A stretch of DNA of 64,000 bases, taken from Lama glama. Lineage: Eukaryota. The stretch spans positions 13,952,001 through 14,016,000 of the forward strand of contig CM052832.1 of the NCBI GenBank assembly GCA_028534125.1, read 5' to 3'. The notes under the pieces were generated by a model that was not told where the DNA came from, did not search any database, and saw only the letters and a list, made by a program, of their open reading frames with translations. Each line of letters starts with the position of its first letter. Positions within the stretch are counted from its first letter, which is position 1. This document shows positions 12,401-27,212 of this stretch, piece by piece. Both the position numbers and the translations under genes were made by a program.

Positions 12401-13349
12401 CTAGCATGGTTGGAATAGACATTGGGAGGAAATTCAGGAGTGTTGCTACTAAGTAGGTACATGATCTTGGCCAAGTTAAAGTTACTTAACCTTTATGAGC
12501 ATTATTTTAATGGTAAAATGAGTGGCTTAGATTAGATAGTGTTTTAAGGTCTTTTTGCAGCTAAAGCAAGTGATTTTTTCAGGAAAAAAAAAGACCTCCT
12601 AATTTATATACTAGTTAATGATTTTTAGTAGCTTAGTGATTTTTCAGTGGCTGTTTGAAATATATTTATTTCCATTTCCTTTAGAAGTTAGGAAAAGAAA
12701 TAATAAAGGAGTCGGCATTTGGAAAATGAATTAGATTTTAGTGTTTTCATCTATCTACATCTCTACTGGATTTATTCTGGACTCTACTGTTTGTGCCTAC
12801 TCTCCTACTTTTCTTGCTTTTTCTTATCTTCCCTTTACAGTATGACTTTCGTAGCCCCCTTTTTGCTGTTTCTTCTTGCTACTAGTATCTTCTAGCTATC
12901 CATGGCCCATATTTCATTATAGGCATGGAATTCATCAAATAGACCCTTGAGTCTGAGTCATCAGTAAATTAAATTTAGATGTTCTAAATATTGTTTGGAT
13001 TAATGGGACCCTTCTACTCCATAATACAGAAATTAGAGAGATAAGTCCTAGGATAGAGGGATTGGGGGTGCTGTAGGGGGAAGGAATGGTGTGGGAGAGT
13101 TTCCAAGGATTATTTTGATATTTTGCTTTAAAATATAAGTTAAAATTTTTCTTAAGTTTTGATGACAGTGACTGTGCCAGTGATATCAAAGTTTGGTCCT
13201 GAAGTCTTAATGCACTGTGAGTTTTGTGAGGTCAGCAACTGTGCCCCTAATTCTTAATACTTGGTGTTCATCATAATGCTGTACAGTAAGTGCAGGCTGA
13301 ACCGAATTGCTGTTAGGCCTGATTCTTTCTTCACGGTGTCTTATGGTGG

Positions 13350-13990
13350 GCTGGAAATTGAGTCTGGCTAGACTCTTAAGTAAGACTGTCACCACCACTT
13401 TGTGATACTGGACAAAATATTTAGCTTCTCTCTAAGCCTCATTTTCCTTGTCTATAATACTGAGAAGGCACAGGCAGTGTTAATACCTACCTAAGAGTTG
13501 TGAGGATTAAATGAGACAATACTATAAAGTACTTAGCCCATGGCCTGGTATATGTCATCAATAAATATTAAATGCCATTATAGTTTCATTAATAAGCAGT
13601 TTTGTGCTTAAGTTCTGTTGAGTTCTAAGTCGTGTTGTTACAAAATAAATAAGACAAGATCCTGTTCTTAGAAAAGATAGGAAAATGTGCACAAAAGATA
13701 AATAACAAGCTAGGTCCTGTGGTAAGTGACAAATGAGTGGTTTCTTGAGGATTTAAGAGTCAGGAATAATTGCTAAGCAAATGAAAACAGGAAGATGACA
13801 GAACTTGAGTTTTAGAGGACCAGTTAGCAAGTTAAGAGGACAGGCCATTTGGAGCCAGACTGCCTGTGTTGGAATCCTGGCTCTGCTACTGTTTAATCTT
13901 AAGCAAGTTACTTAGACTCCCTTCTAGCATTGTTGAGCTAATTAAATGAGTTAATACATGTCAAGCACTTAAAATGGTGCCTCAGACATG
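13350..13990 (+). mobile_element. MIR SINE copies with intervening L2-like remnant
   Basis: MIR core motifs GAGCCAGACTGCCTGTGTTGGAATCCTGGCTCTGC and GTTGTGAGGATTAAATGAG. Confidence 0.65.
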
Positions 13991-16197
13991 GTTACAGTAT
14001 GACAAATTGTTATAAGTTGAGAGAAGGGAGAATGCATTTCAGATAGAACATTGAGTGACAGTGAAGGTGAAATACTGTAGGTTTGTTTGAAATGATGATG
14101 CCAAATTGTCTGGAGGGAATAACCTATTGGAAAACAGTGGGTGATTATGCCAGGGAGTATGGCATCTTTTCCATATGAACTGGGGTAACTTGGGAGGATT
14201 TCTTGAGTTATTAGTGTGTGTTATAAATAACATTTCTAAGTCTGTATCTCTAGCATTTCTCACTATCGTTCCTGATTTCAGTATGACTGAAACTACTGTT
14301 CATACATACATACTAATTTTGACAATTCAGCTCATGATCCTCTATCCGTAACCATTATGCCTCTTTACTTGGTCCATTTCTTTTTGCAAACGTGTTTTTG
14401 GCTAACTTTCTCTTTTTCTCCCTATATTCTAGTTGTTTACATAATTCTTGTTCCTTTTCTCCAAAGTTTAGTGGATTTCTGCTACTATTTTCTTCTCTGT
14501 CCTCAAAAATCCCAGTCTGGATCCTAAATCACCAGAGTCATAAAGTAGAAAGGGCCAGGGAGAGGGAGAAAGGGGGAAGAAGGTAAGGAAATATCCTCTA
14601 GTCCAGTGATTTTATTTTACAGATGAGGACATTGAGGTCCAGAGGAAGTAAAGTCACGTGCTCTAGAGCCACAGCTAATTAATTAGCAGGCCTGTCCCTT
14701 TCAGAGCTAAACCAGGGCTTGCTTTTACGGTCATCAGTGTGATTCTCAGCCATCTGGGTGGGAATTATAGTAGTATTTCCAGTAATTTTTCTACTAACAG
14801 CTATTAAACATCAACGTAAGAAATAATTTTACTACCAGGGATAATGTGATAATAATTCACCCTGTTCTCAGTGAGAAGCCTATTATTACATTTCTTGGAC
14901 AAGAATTACTGTTCTTAAAGTAATATTTAAAACCAAGGCTCCAGAATCTGCTGTAGGGAGAAAAGGGTTTCTTTCTTTCATTTTCAGTTATAAATTATAA
15001 ATGTAATAGTGTTGTAAATGTAAGTAACATTCTCAAAAAAAAAACTGGACTTTTTGTTTCTATCGTGCTGGGACACAGGTTCTTTTACAGAGTGATTGAC
15101 AGAACAGTAAGATTACTATGAAAGTCAGAAAGTATTGTACTTCTATCCATACCCAATCCCCCAGTACTTCTACTATTACAAGTAGTCTCTAAGTTTACAT
15201 CTTCTTCAGTCTCTTACATTTTACAATATGCCACACATAACAGTGAGAAACTTACTTAAGCATTGCTTTCTTCTGTATTATTTTCCTACCTAGATGCATT
15301 GTGATGGAATATCTTTTTTCTAAAGCCCTAAGCTTAGTGTCTGGATACTCTAGTTTTTCAGGAAGTCCTCCCTACCCTTTTTACAGAGCACATAATTTTT
15401 TTCTCATGTGTAAATAATATCGGTTCCTAATCACCAAATCACTGTCACATCAGTGTTCTTCCTGTGAAATGTCTTGTTTTAACTTTGGCAAGATGCTCTC
15501 CCTCCATTTTGAAAATTTGCATGATGTACAAATACTACATTTTAATCACTGTAAGCATAATTTCGCAGCTGGTAGTAATTCATGCTCTATATTCTTTCCT
15601 ATGGTTAAAGAAAGAAAAAGTGGCATGGGTTACATAAAGATGTCCCAGACCTCTCTGCTCATGCTGACATATTCCTTCAAGAAAAAAAAAAAAAAGACTT
15701 CTAACTAGATTCATTTTTACTGAAATACTAATTTTTCTTTATCATTTTCAAACACTGTGAAGTTGAATTGTATAATACACAGATATCTATACAGGAGAAT
15801 TTTTTCCATGCCTCAGTGCTTCTGTATCAGATTGTATTGTGTTTGTATTTCCCATGGTTTGGTTTCTTTTTCCTGTCTTCATTTTTCTGAAGGGAGAAGG
15901 GATTTTTTTTCTCTTATGATCTGTGACTTGTTTTGTATGTGGATAATTTACTCTTTATTACAAATTTTAACTCCTATTTATGCTATTAGGAAGGAAGAGA
16001 AATGCTTCAAAATTAGATTTTGGATTTTTTTTTTAAGGGCTGACTGTGTGTAAGTTTTTCTTTGCCCCTTTCTTCAAATAATGTATAGGATTTTGTTGCT
16101 GTTTTAAAAATATTTTCTTATGTTGAACTGTTTTGTTGTTTGAAAGAAATCTATGAAACTATACGTTTATGAGTGGTCACTAGTCTTTCCTTCCAAA

Positions 16198-16398
16198 CTT
16201 ATATAATAATAACAATACTACATAAAGTATACTGTATATGATGCTGTTTTATATATTGTATATAATGCTATATTATATATACTATATATAATGCTGTATT
16301 ATGTATATACTACATATAACATAGTATATATTTATAACATTAAAACTATATAATATATAATACTATATACTATACTTTATATAGTAAATAATAATACA
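16198..16398. repeat. AT-rich (TATAC/TATAT) low-complexity tract
   Basis: Seen directly. Confidence 0.75.
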
Positions 16399-19300
16399 TT
16401 TTGCTATTAACTTCATTTTTAGAATGTTAAGTTTTTCGTAATTTAACTTCTTTGGGTATAAGTCTTGCAATTCTCATATGTTGAGAGAGAAAGGGACAGT
16501 TGGTTTTTGTAACTTTTATGTAAATTATTTTGGCTGTCTTCTTCCATTTATTATCATTTTCTATTTTTTTATTTGTGGCTTCTAAAAGTGGAGAGCTTTA
16601 ATATTATGTTATTGTATTCTTACAGACTGTAGTCTTTGTTACAAAATGTGTTCATTTCTCTTTCCATTTTTAATATGACTATATTTAGATTTTCTGTTTA
16701 ATTCATGATATATTTTTGTTTAGTTTTTGGCAAATTTGTCAATTTGGGTTATAGTTTCTTATCATCTTAATACTGTTTTTGTTCATTTTATTAATATCTC
16801 CTTTTCTCCACTTAAAACTTTTTGGTATTACTGTATGCTGAATGTGTGTATACTTGTGTGTCATAGTTTCTAAACAAGTGTGACTGTTTCCCTCTTTTTT
16901 TTTAGATTCCTGAGCTATTTAAATATTTTTAGACATATTGTCTATTTTGCATCCAGAGTGCTGATAACAATATGTAAGATTTTAGTACATTTTATGAGTT
17001 AATATTTTGTAACTGTCTGGCTTTGCCTGACAAATTTTTTTAGTAAACTTAAAACATTTAAAAATTACTAATCTTCCTAATCTAGTGTCTCTAATTTAGT
17101 AACTAGTTTTGATCTTTGTGTCATTCTGTCATTCTTGTATTTTAAAAACTTGCCAATGCTTTTCTAAAAGTGAATCATGAATTACGTGAAATAATTAACT
17201 TTAAAAGGGGGAAATGAGATATATTTTACAACCTATATTTTATATGCATGAACAGATTATTCAGTGATGTGTCGATATAATCTTTTAAGTTCCTTTATAA
17301 TTTATATTAGTCTGTTCATTGAAAATATCTGATGGTTTGTAATTAAGAGAAAAAAGGCAAAACCCATTAAAAACAGTAAAAAATCAAGCATAAATCATTT
17401 GAGAAATAACGAGCAGGATGAGGGAGTGGAAAGAAATCTTTACACCTATAATCTGATACAAGGTAGTTTCTGTACTGAAACAGTAAATTTAGCTCTGAGC
17501 TTCCTGGCAAGCAAGAGAAAAAAGGAAACAGGATGGGTTTCATCGTTTTTGTCTGATAAAGCTTATCAGTTTTTCATGAGAGAGAAACTTTCTGAGTTCT
17601 TAAGTTATAAAAGGACGTTGTTAAACATGAATTCTTATATAAGGAATGTAATTTATATTTCCATTTTTGTAACTTAATTCCTTCTGTTGCTGTGTTAGCT
17701 GTCATGTACCATTTATATGCACCAAGTTACATTTGGTCATACTATGTTCACATCCACTGCTGTCAAAAGTGGAAATAATGCATGACTAGGGTGTATTTAT
17801 GTATTGCCTCTAGAATTGTAGCCATTGATGAACAGGAAACTGAAAGCTAAATGTTTAGGAAATGTATTTAGACTTTGTGGAAAAAATATATATGATATTT
17901 AACTACTGAAATCCATGGCAGTTTGAAGACTGAAAAATTTATATATGCATTTAGTTAAGAGAATAATATTATGGATTCTTATAATGATGCTGTCAGATGC
18001 TTAAATATGATAATAAATACAATATGCGCATTGTGGGCCAGGAAAAATTGTGCAATGCTAGAAAAAATGCAATGGATTATTATATGTGTTCAGCTATACT
18101 CTAAAGAAATAAAACAGCTGGCACATCAATCGAATTCTTCAAGGATGTCTTATTTTCAGAGAATTACAGAGTTTTAGTTTTAGCTTTAGTTTCAGGAAAA
18201 GAGAGGTCCCTGTTTTACAAGATAGTCCATTTCACTCTTAGGAAATTCTAATGGTTAAGTTTTATTTTCTTATATTGGGTTGAACTTTGTTTCCCTGTAA
18301 TTCATTAATATACTCTGTAGTTTTCTTAGTGTTGAAAAGAAAATGATTAATGGATCAAAATTATTTGAAAAGTTAAATATATCCCAGGTGTTTTTTTTTA
18401 AGGTATTGTGGCATTTTAAGTGCCTCAAGAAACACTACCTTATTTTTTGAGTTGTTTAAAAAGATTTTTGTCAGATGACATGTGACTAACATTTATGATT
18501 GGTAACCTGTATTTTCTTACCGTTTCTATAGTTAGCTATTTTAACAGGATATAATTTATATGGATTCAACATTCTTATTCTTTGAGACAGTATGAACTTT
18601 TAATAGCTTCTTAGAAATGGGACTTTTTCTGATATTTTTGTTGCTGTTCTGTTTCAACAAAAGAGGTCATGAAGACTATTTCACTGCCAGTTTTGTGACT
18701 TGAAATTATAGTCACACAAAACATTCAGGGGCCACATTATTGAGAATTCTATTTATTACAAAGGTCTTTCAGGAAATTTAGCTGTATTATGTATAAGCAA
18801 TTACAATCATTTTAATAGCCTCATTAAAATTAGCCTCTTTTCAGGATTGATTTGGGCTTGGATCTGTTAGGGTAATGTGTTTACCTCTAAACTGTTGGGG
18901 TGGCCCAGGAATAGGAAGTGCTGACTAACAGAGACTGGGGACTAGGCCCACCCCAGGAGGTGAGGGGCAGCGGTTCCCCAGTGGAAAGTCCCAGAATGCT
19001 GCTTCCAGCAGAAGGCAAAATGGGCTGTGGGCTGACAAAACAAGGAGTCCTGACAAGGCCAGACCATAAAGGGCCTGGTATAATGGGATAAGGAGTTGTG
19101 CTTTAGGCAGTAGCTGATCTGTTGTTGGAACAGAAGGTTCTTTTTAAGAATAACTTTTACTTTCTTCTTATTGTATAGTACATGTTTATTGTAGAAAATT
19201 GTAGTAAATATATATAAATCAGTGAAAAAAATAAAAATTTCCTGTAATTTTTTTCCTTTTAAATTTTTTAGCTAATTTCCCTTCTATTTCATTTAACATC

Positions 19301-20000
19301 TAAGTTACTTTTTATTTGTTTATTTGATACAGTGCTTACTGAATTGTTCTTTCCACAAATTGTGTTTCTGATAACCTTTAAAATTAATTATGAAGGAAAT
19401 AGTTAATAACATTTAAAGCCTTTGTTTTTGTATGATATAATTATTGTATTAATTTGTAGCTATTTCATGGGAGACCATAGGCATGATAGGCATAATGATA
19501 ACAGACCTGGAAGTCAGAATGGTTCTCACAGGGGAATCAGGAAAAATGGAGCAGGGACTAGGTCTTCCTTGTTCGCCTTTATGTCAGTATCATCAGGCAC
19601 AATGTCTGACACATAGTTAAGTGTTCCATAAATGGTTGTTGACTGAATGGATGAGTTTTCTCATTAAGCACTCTGCATAGCTCATATTTCCTGCACTGTG
19701 GATAATCACGATCAGTTATATTCATCCAAAGTTAAGAGTCTTCGCTGGGCTCAGCCTTTTCTTTCTTTTTTTAAAATGAACATTTAATAAACTGACTACT
19801 TTTTTAAAAAATACAGAGGTATGTGCACACACATATAGAACAAAAAGTAAAAATCCTTTATTTCTTTCCCTGAATCCCATTCTCCAGAATTAGCTACTAT
19901 TAATTGGTGTATTTTTTCCTAGATAATTTCTTGCATTTACAAGTGTATATGCATTTTCTTTCTACAAATAGAATAGTAATTTACATTCCATTCTATAACT

Positions 20001-20090
20001 TACTTTCCCCCCCTTTTTACTGGCAGTATGTACTTTCCCCCCTCCTTTTACTGGCAGTATGTACTTTTTCCCCTCTTTACTGGCAGTATG
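20001..20090. repeat. Minisatellite, 3 x ~30 bp
   Basis: TACTTTCCCCCCCTTTTTACTGGCAGTATG units at 20001, 20031 and 20062. Confidence 0.9.
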
Positions 20091-21007
20091 TATAGAATGA
20101 GTAGAAAGAAGTGAGTGAGTAGGCTGGACATAGGCAGGTCTGCTGGAGAACTGTGGTGATTCAGGAAGGAAAGGAAGAAAGCCAAGAATGTGGTGACAGC
20201 TGTGAAATTGGAAAGTAAGATCATAGGAAACACAATGAATAGTTGTAGGTCCCATTGATTAAAGGGAGAAAAATTATATTAAAGTTATAAACCTAGGAGA
20301 ATAGCCAGATGATACAGATACTGAGGTAGATAGAGAAGGAACCAATTTTGAAAGAGTTCATTTTCTTTAAAAACTAGGGATATAAAAGGGTCCTGAAGTA
20401 TCTGTAGCCTGGCAATTAGAGATTAAAAACTGGAGAAGGGAAGATGGAGAAATGATAACTAGATCTAGAAGTTATCTTAGTGGAAATGATAGCTGAAATT
20501 AAGAGTGGATGAGGTCTGGTATGAAGTGGTTGACAGGGGAAAAGCTGTTGATTGAGAACTACATTTTGAGAAGAGGTACTTGCAATAATAGGCGATGGGG
20601 TGAAAGAGAAATCAAGGAGAGAAGAAATAAATAATCTGAGGAGCAGGAAAAGAGTCGGGAGAAATGTTACGGAGATCTCACTTTCATTCTCTTACTCTAC
20701 ATATGACACTATAATTACTGGATGTATTCCAGGTAGATACTGTGTTCTTCCTTTAGTAGTAATACTTAGAAAACTTTGATGTATATTTTGAAGATGAAGT
20801 TAGTTTTATCCTTGAAGTTGACTTATACTTGAAAAAGATCTGGGGAAAGTAGTTTTGGTGTCATATGCTATGTCGCTTCTAGTTTCATAGTCTTTTCATC
20901 TTGTTTTAATACCTGTGGTCCAAAAAAATATAGCTTATTGTTGAATAGATAAAAGTCCAGATATCTTGTGCATTTTAATTGATCATTTAAAAAGTGTTTC
21001 CTGGCAT

Positions 21008-21496
21008 CCATTGACAGATGATTGGATACAGAAGTTGTGGTATATTTATACAATGGAATACTACTCAGCCATAAAAAGAATGACATAATGCCATTTGCAG
21101 CAACATGGATACCTAGGGATTATCATACTAGATGAAGTAAGTCAGGCAGAGAAAGACCAATAATATGTGATACTATTCATATGCGGAATCTAAAAAAATA
21201 ATACAAATCAACTTATTTAGAAAATAGAAACAGGTTCACAGACATAGAAAATAAACATGGTTACCGGAGGGAAGGAGAGTGGGGAGGGATAAACTGACAG
21301 TTCAGAATTTGCAGATACCAACTACTATATATAAAATAGATAAACAACAATGTCCTACTGTATAGCACAGGGAACTATATTCAATTCCTGGTAATAGCTT
21401 ATAAAGAATATGAAAAGGAATATGTATATAAACTGAATCACTATGCTGTATACCAGAAACTAACACAACATTGTATATTGACTATATTTCATTCAA
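21008..21496 (+). mobile_element. L1 3' end (lineage-specific)
   Basis: CAATGGAATACTACTCAGCCATAAAAAGAATG...TATAGCACAGGGAACTATATTCAA; near-perfect TSD AAAA(G/T)TGTTTC(C/G)TGGCAT. Confidence 0.85.
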
Positions 21497-21784
21497 AAAA
21501 TTGTTTCGTGGCATTTGAAATTTGGCTAATAAATGTTGAGAATCCGTATCTTTTTGGAAGGACATAGTGTGAAATGAGAGCAAACTACATTAGAGCTTGT
21601 CAGAGTGGGGCCTATTCACAGGAAATATTTTAGAATCAAAGTCAGGAACCTGTGACTTTACTGGGAGTCAGTACGTGAAATATAGTGCAGGCTCAAGAGT
21701 CGTTCTACTTGGTTCCACTGTTCACTGCCAATATTATGTCCCTTAATTTCACTATCTGGAAATGATAATGACAGTTCCTATATC

Positions 21785-22790
21785 AAGGTTATTAAGAGGA
21801 TCCATCCTGGAACTTACATTCTAGTACAGAGAGACAGGAAATATGCAAATAAATATATGTGCCAGGTGGTAAGTGGAGGTAAAAAATGGTAGGACTGACT
21901 GCTGTCGCTTCTTGCTCTTTCCAGTTAACAGGGAAGGCCTATCTGATAAGGAAGTGTTTCAACAGAGACCTAGGAATGTGGGAGCAAACTATGTGGCTGT
22001 CTGGGGCAAGAGTTCCAGGCGGAGGCAACCACAAGTGTCTGCTTCTGAGCCCTGAGGGGTTGCATATTGGAGAAGGCCAGTGTCACAAAAGGAGTGTGAG
22101 TGAGAGGAGGAGCAATAAGAAATTCAGAGATAGCCACTGACCGGCCTGTGGGCTTTTAAGTGTAAGAAGGACTGGATTTTATTCTGTGTAGAAGGGAATT
22201 CACTGGAGTATTGCCAGAGTTAGTTTTTTTAAGCCAGTCTTATTGTCACTTCTTTTCTTAAAAATCCTTCAGTTCTCTATTTCCTTTGGAGTAAAGTTCA
22301 AATGCTTTATTCTGGCACACAAGGTCCTTCACAGTCAGGCCTCTGCCTATTTATTTAGCATCATCTGCCTCCTTCCCACATGTACCCTTCACTTTAGCCA
22401 GATTGTATTACGTGCAGTTCCCTGGACGGGTCATGATGATTTGTGTCCTCGTGTTTTTCTGCACACTGTTTGTCCTGGGAGAAACCCTCCTCCTCGGCTC
22501 ACATGGTCATTGGCTCTGTTTTAGAGGGTCCTCTTTGTGCTCCCAGAGCACCCTGTACCTTGTTCTCGCACCGCTCCCTCCCCAGCCACTTTGTACTCAA
22601 GCCACGTAGTCTTGGAATGTGCTGTGTTCTTTTACCAGCCTTGATTTTACTCTTGCCACACCCTTGCCAGTTGAAATTATGCCCATCCTTCAAACACTGC
22701 CATCTTTTCTTTATTTTATAAACTTTTCTTTTCCCTACCTTCATAAATACTTAGCTCTCTTGTACTTGATCATAGTTATCTTGAATTAAA
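21785..22790. mobile_element. L2 remnants (both orientations)
   Basis: GGAACTTACATTCTAGT, GGGGCAAGAGTTCCAGGCGGAGG, CTTAAAATCCTTCAGT...AAGGTCCTTCAC resemble L2 3' sequence. Confidence 0.55.
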
Positions 22791-23574
22791 ATGTTTCTTT
22801 GCCTTACCTCACATAAAATCCTTGGCCTTACTCATTTTCATTTTCAATTGTAGCCCCCAGTATGGGGCCTTGTGCAGATTTCATGTTCAGTAGATAATTC
22901 ATGGTATATAGGATTCATATGATAATTACAAAACTATTGGATTTCAAGCTGTAAAGGACCAAAAGTGGCAGAAATGAACGATTTAAGTGGGATATCTATT
23001 AAGGTAACAAAACAAATTTATTTTAACATAATGTTGATGATGGCATGGTTACTCTGTTTCTCTCACACATTTACTACTAGTACCAGAAATTAGTGTGCCC
23101 TTTTGAAATGTAGTTTGGCAAAATGTATTCAGACACATAAATGCCCATGTTTTTTGAGCTAGTGATATCACTTCTGGAAATAAACTTAAGAAAGTAATAC
23201 AAACTAGAATGACAATTATAATAGCTACCTCTCCTACTAATGTTGAAGATTTACTGTGTTACAGGCACCATGCAAAGCCCTTCATGTACATTACTTAATT
23301 TAACCCTCAGAATCCCAAGAGGTGTGGATACCATTAGCTTCATGTCACATACGGGGAAATTGAGGCACAAAGAAGTCAGCTGACTTGCCTGAGCTCTTAC
23401 AGCTGCTTTGTTGTCAAGCCAGGATTCCTACTGAAACGGGAATTCATACCCCTAATTGTATGATATGATAAAAGCCTAGGCACAGAACTTCACAGCCCTG
23501 TTTTTGTAGAATAGAGAAATTGGAAGCAATGAGTATCTAGAAATATGATCCATCCTTCAATAGAATAATCCTTA

Positions 23575-25025
23575 TTATAGCTTTATTGAAATAAAATTCA
23601 CATAGCAAAATATTCACCCCCTTCGAAGTATGTAAGTCAGTGGTTTTCAGTATTATTCAGTTTTACAGCTGTTACCATTATCCTACTTCAGAACAATTTA
23701 TCACCCCAAAAGAAATCTCATACCTGTTTAGCAGTCACTTCCTGTTTCCCTCATTACCCTGCACAATCACCAGTCTGTTTTCTATCTATAGATTCACCTA
23801 TTCTGGACATTTCATATAAATGGAATCATACAAATATGGCATTTTGTGTCTGGCTTTCATTTAGCATAATATTTCAAGGTTCATCCATGTTGTAGTATGT
23901 TATCAGTACTTGTTTGCTTCTCATTGCTAATTAACATTCCATTGTATGGGTAAACCACATTTTGTTTAGCCATCCATCAATTAATGGACATTTAGGTTGT
24001 TTCTACTCTTCTGCTATTATGAATAATGCTGTTATGAACATTCACATACAAGTTTTTGTGTGGACATGTTTTCATTTTTCCTGGAATTGTTGATCAAATG
24101 ATAACTGTTTAACTTTCAGAGGAACTACTGGACTATTTTCTAAAGGAGCTGCATCATTTTACATTTCCACTAGCAAAGCATGAGCATTCCACTTTCTCCA
24201 CATCTTTATCAATACCTGATATTGTCTGTCTCTTTGCCAATAGCCTTCCTAGTGGGTATGGAGTGGTAAGGCATTGATTAGCATTTCCCTAATAACTAAT
24301 GATGTTGATCATCTTTTCATGTATTGATTGGCCGTTTGTAAATCTTATTTGGAGAAATGTCAATTAGTATCCTTGGCCCTTTTTAAACTGGGTTATTTGT
24401 CTATTATTGAATTGAAAGAGTTCTTAATATACTCTAAGATACAGTCTCATTATCAGATATATGATTTGCAAAATTTTCCTCTCCTGTTGTGCTGTTTTCA
24501 CTTTCTTGATGGTGTCATTTGTAGCACAGGAGTTTTTAATTTTCATGAAGTCTAATTTATCTTTTTTTTTTTTTATTGCTTGTGCTTTCAGTTTCACATA
24601 AGAAAACATTGCCTAATCCAAGGTCAATGAAGATTTATGCCTATGTTGTCTTCTAAGAGTTTGATAGTTTTAGCTCTTACACTGAGCTCTTTAATCCATT
24701 TTGAGTTACTTTTTGTATATGGTGTGAGGTAGGGTGTCCAACTTTGTAATCTTTTGCATGTGGAGATCCAGTTGTTCCAGCACCATTTGTTGAAAAGACC
24801 ATTGTTTCCTCCATGGAATTATCTTGGCACCCTTTTCGGATATCAGTTGACCATTACTGTAAGAGTTTATTTCTCAGCTCTTAGTTCTAGTCCATTCATC
24901 TACGTGCCTGTTCTTACCCTACCACACTGTCTTGATTACTGTCACTTTGTAGAAAGTTTTGGAATCATGAAGTGTGTGTCCTCCCAACTTTGTTTTTTTT
25001 TTTTTTCAGTTGTTTTGGCTGTTTT
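23575..25025 (-). mobile_element. L1M (ORF2 3' part and 3'UTR)
   Basis: Antisense L1 hallmarks; ORF 24424-24609 gives KAQAIKKKKDKLDFMKIKNSCATNDTIKKVK (ORF2p C-terminal region). Confidence 0.9.
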
Positions 25026-27212
25026 ACTCAGTTTTGCTGTGAACCTACAACTGCTCTAAAAAATAAAGTTTATTTTTTAAAAAGTACTCCTAAATTGTAA
25101 TGTTGGGATTGTGGTGAATTCTTTTTTCCTTTCTTTATTTCCCACACTTTGAGTAATATGTGACTATATTTATAATTTAAAATTTTTAACTTTAAGTTTA
25201 ACTAATAGAATACTTTTTTTTTAACTCAAGAGGCAACTCTTAGTTCTGTAAATAAAAATCTGAGTTACCTAACTTTCCAGGAAGTGTGTATGAAGGTGAA
25301 GAGCTGGAGCATAAGATTATGGTTAGAATGAGCTGGCTCAGATTTAATACTCAGCTCTGTGGATTCTCCTTTCTGTCTCCAGTTTCCTACAGTTTCTTCC
25401 CACTTTCTCAACTCTCCACTAAAAACCCTCCCTCACACCCTAGCTAAGATTTTCCTCAGAACCTCTAGGTAAAATTTTGGGAGTCTGGCTAGTTTGTATA
25501 ATTGCCATTGATAAATGGAATGAATGGTGATTGAGTAGCATGAAGGCCAGGAGCCAGATAATGCAGTCTGAGCTACAGAAGCCACTTTGATGGAAAGTGA
25601 TTTTGAGAGGGGAAAAAGTCATCCAAGCAGAGCTCTTACTGCCTTCTTTGCTCTTGTTGTGTTCTTTCCATTTCTTTGCATCTGTCAATGTTGTTTTCTT
25701 ATGAAATCATATGCTGAGGGCAGAGATCTGCAGGTGTTGCTGTGGCTAGTTACAAGTTTAGATAGGCACCCAGAGAAGCAGGCCATGTGATGCCAGTGAC
25801 AGATTGCTGTTCCTAGTTGTTTGCAAGTGCCACTGCAGACTGTGTGTGTTGAAATAGTTTGGGGGCTTTCTTTCAAGTTTAAGCAGTGTTAAAATCTCAG
25901 TATATTGAAATACTTTTTATAGGTTTTAGATACAATAGGTATCCATTTGAGGTTTGTTCCAAAATAAAAGCAAGTTTTACAGACCCCCCCTTAAAGACAA
26001 TTAATACCATTGTCAACCACAAGCAAACTTTTTTGTAGCATTATGACTTTGAATTATTAAGTATTAAGATAATTTCCACTGTATTCTTTAGTTGAATTAA
26101 TCAAAAGAAATGAAATTTTTTTAAACTCGATTTTTTAAAAATTGTGGCATGTTTGTTAATGGCATTTAGAAATGTGAAGTAATAATTTTTTCAATTATTG
26201 AAGTTTAAACCTATTTTTTATATAGGTTAAAGAAAAAATATATCACAGTTATCCAGATTTCCATAAATGTGCACAAAACCTGCCATTTTATGAGAGAGAT
26301 TTTTTATCATCAGTTACAGGCTTTGACTTTTGTAGTGTCATGGAAAAACTATATCCTTCAAATTTCAGACAGTCAAAATTAGTTTTAAATAATGTTTATT
26401 TTATAAGACACTTCTTCCCCACTTGAAACTCCATTCATAATACTTGTGTCTTTTTACTATCTCCCTTTTTTTTTTTGGCTTAAAAATATACTTGTGGCCT
26501 TGTGCTTCTGGCCAGGATGGAATAGCAGAGATGGGACTTACTCTTTTGGCTGTAATCACATAACAAACAAACAAAACCCCAGAAAAAAGCATGTGAAGTT
26601 TCAAACACCGAACAACTGGCCACACAGGACAATGATCCCCAAGAAAGCAGAAACAAACAGATGAACCCTACAATTATCGTAGCTTACTGCCTGGAAAGAG
26701 TTTCTAGGCTGCAGCATAAGGAGGGGAAACCCAGGCAGAGCCCAGCAGTCTCCCTGAGTTGAGGAGGCAGGGCTGGAGTCCAAGGAGGCTACAGTTTGGA
26801 GAAGAAAGAGAGAGTTGCACGAGGAGGGAACTCCAGAGGTCTGTAGAGTGCCCCTTACATCTTCAGATAACTACTGATTAGTGCATATGTTGTGTGGAAG
26901 CTACCCAAAGCCAAGGACTACCCAAGAGGATTAGAGGGAACGATCCCTTATTCTTTTTCAGGGTTAAGAATAGTTTGTGTTCCCACCAGCCTGAGGGGAA
27001 AATCCTTGTAAGTCAAAGGATATTGGGTAGGGGACTCAGAAGGGTATTGCCTTAGCAGTGATGCAGATGTAGCCCTAACCTATAGACTGCTCTGATCTCT
27101 TCTAACAAAGCTTAAAAACAGGCATCAGAAAGATCCAACTGTTTCCATGTAACTTAACTGTATCCCAGAACGAAGCTTCATATGTATAGTTATACAAAAA
27201 TATCTAGCACTC

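Noticed and set aside
20001..20090. CRISPR-like array
   Set aside because: Eukaryotic intron, homologous spacers, no cas genes.
22545..22559. AGAGCA-ccc-TGTACC as a GRE
   Set aside because: Isolated, one core mismatch, and apparently inside L2-derived sequence; chance level.
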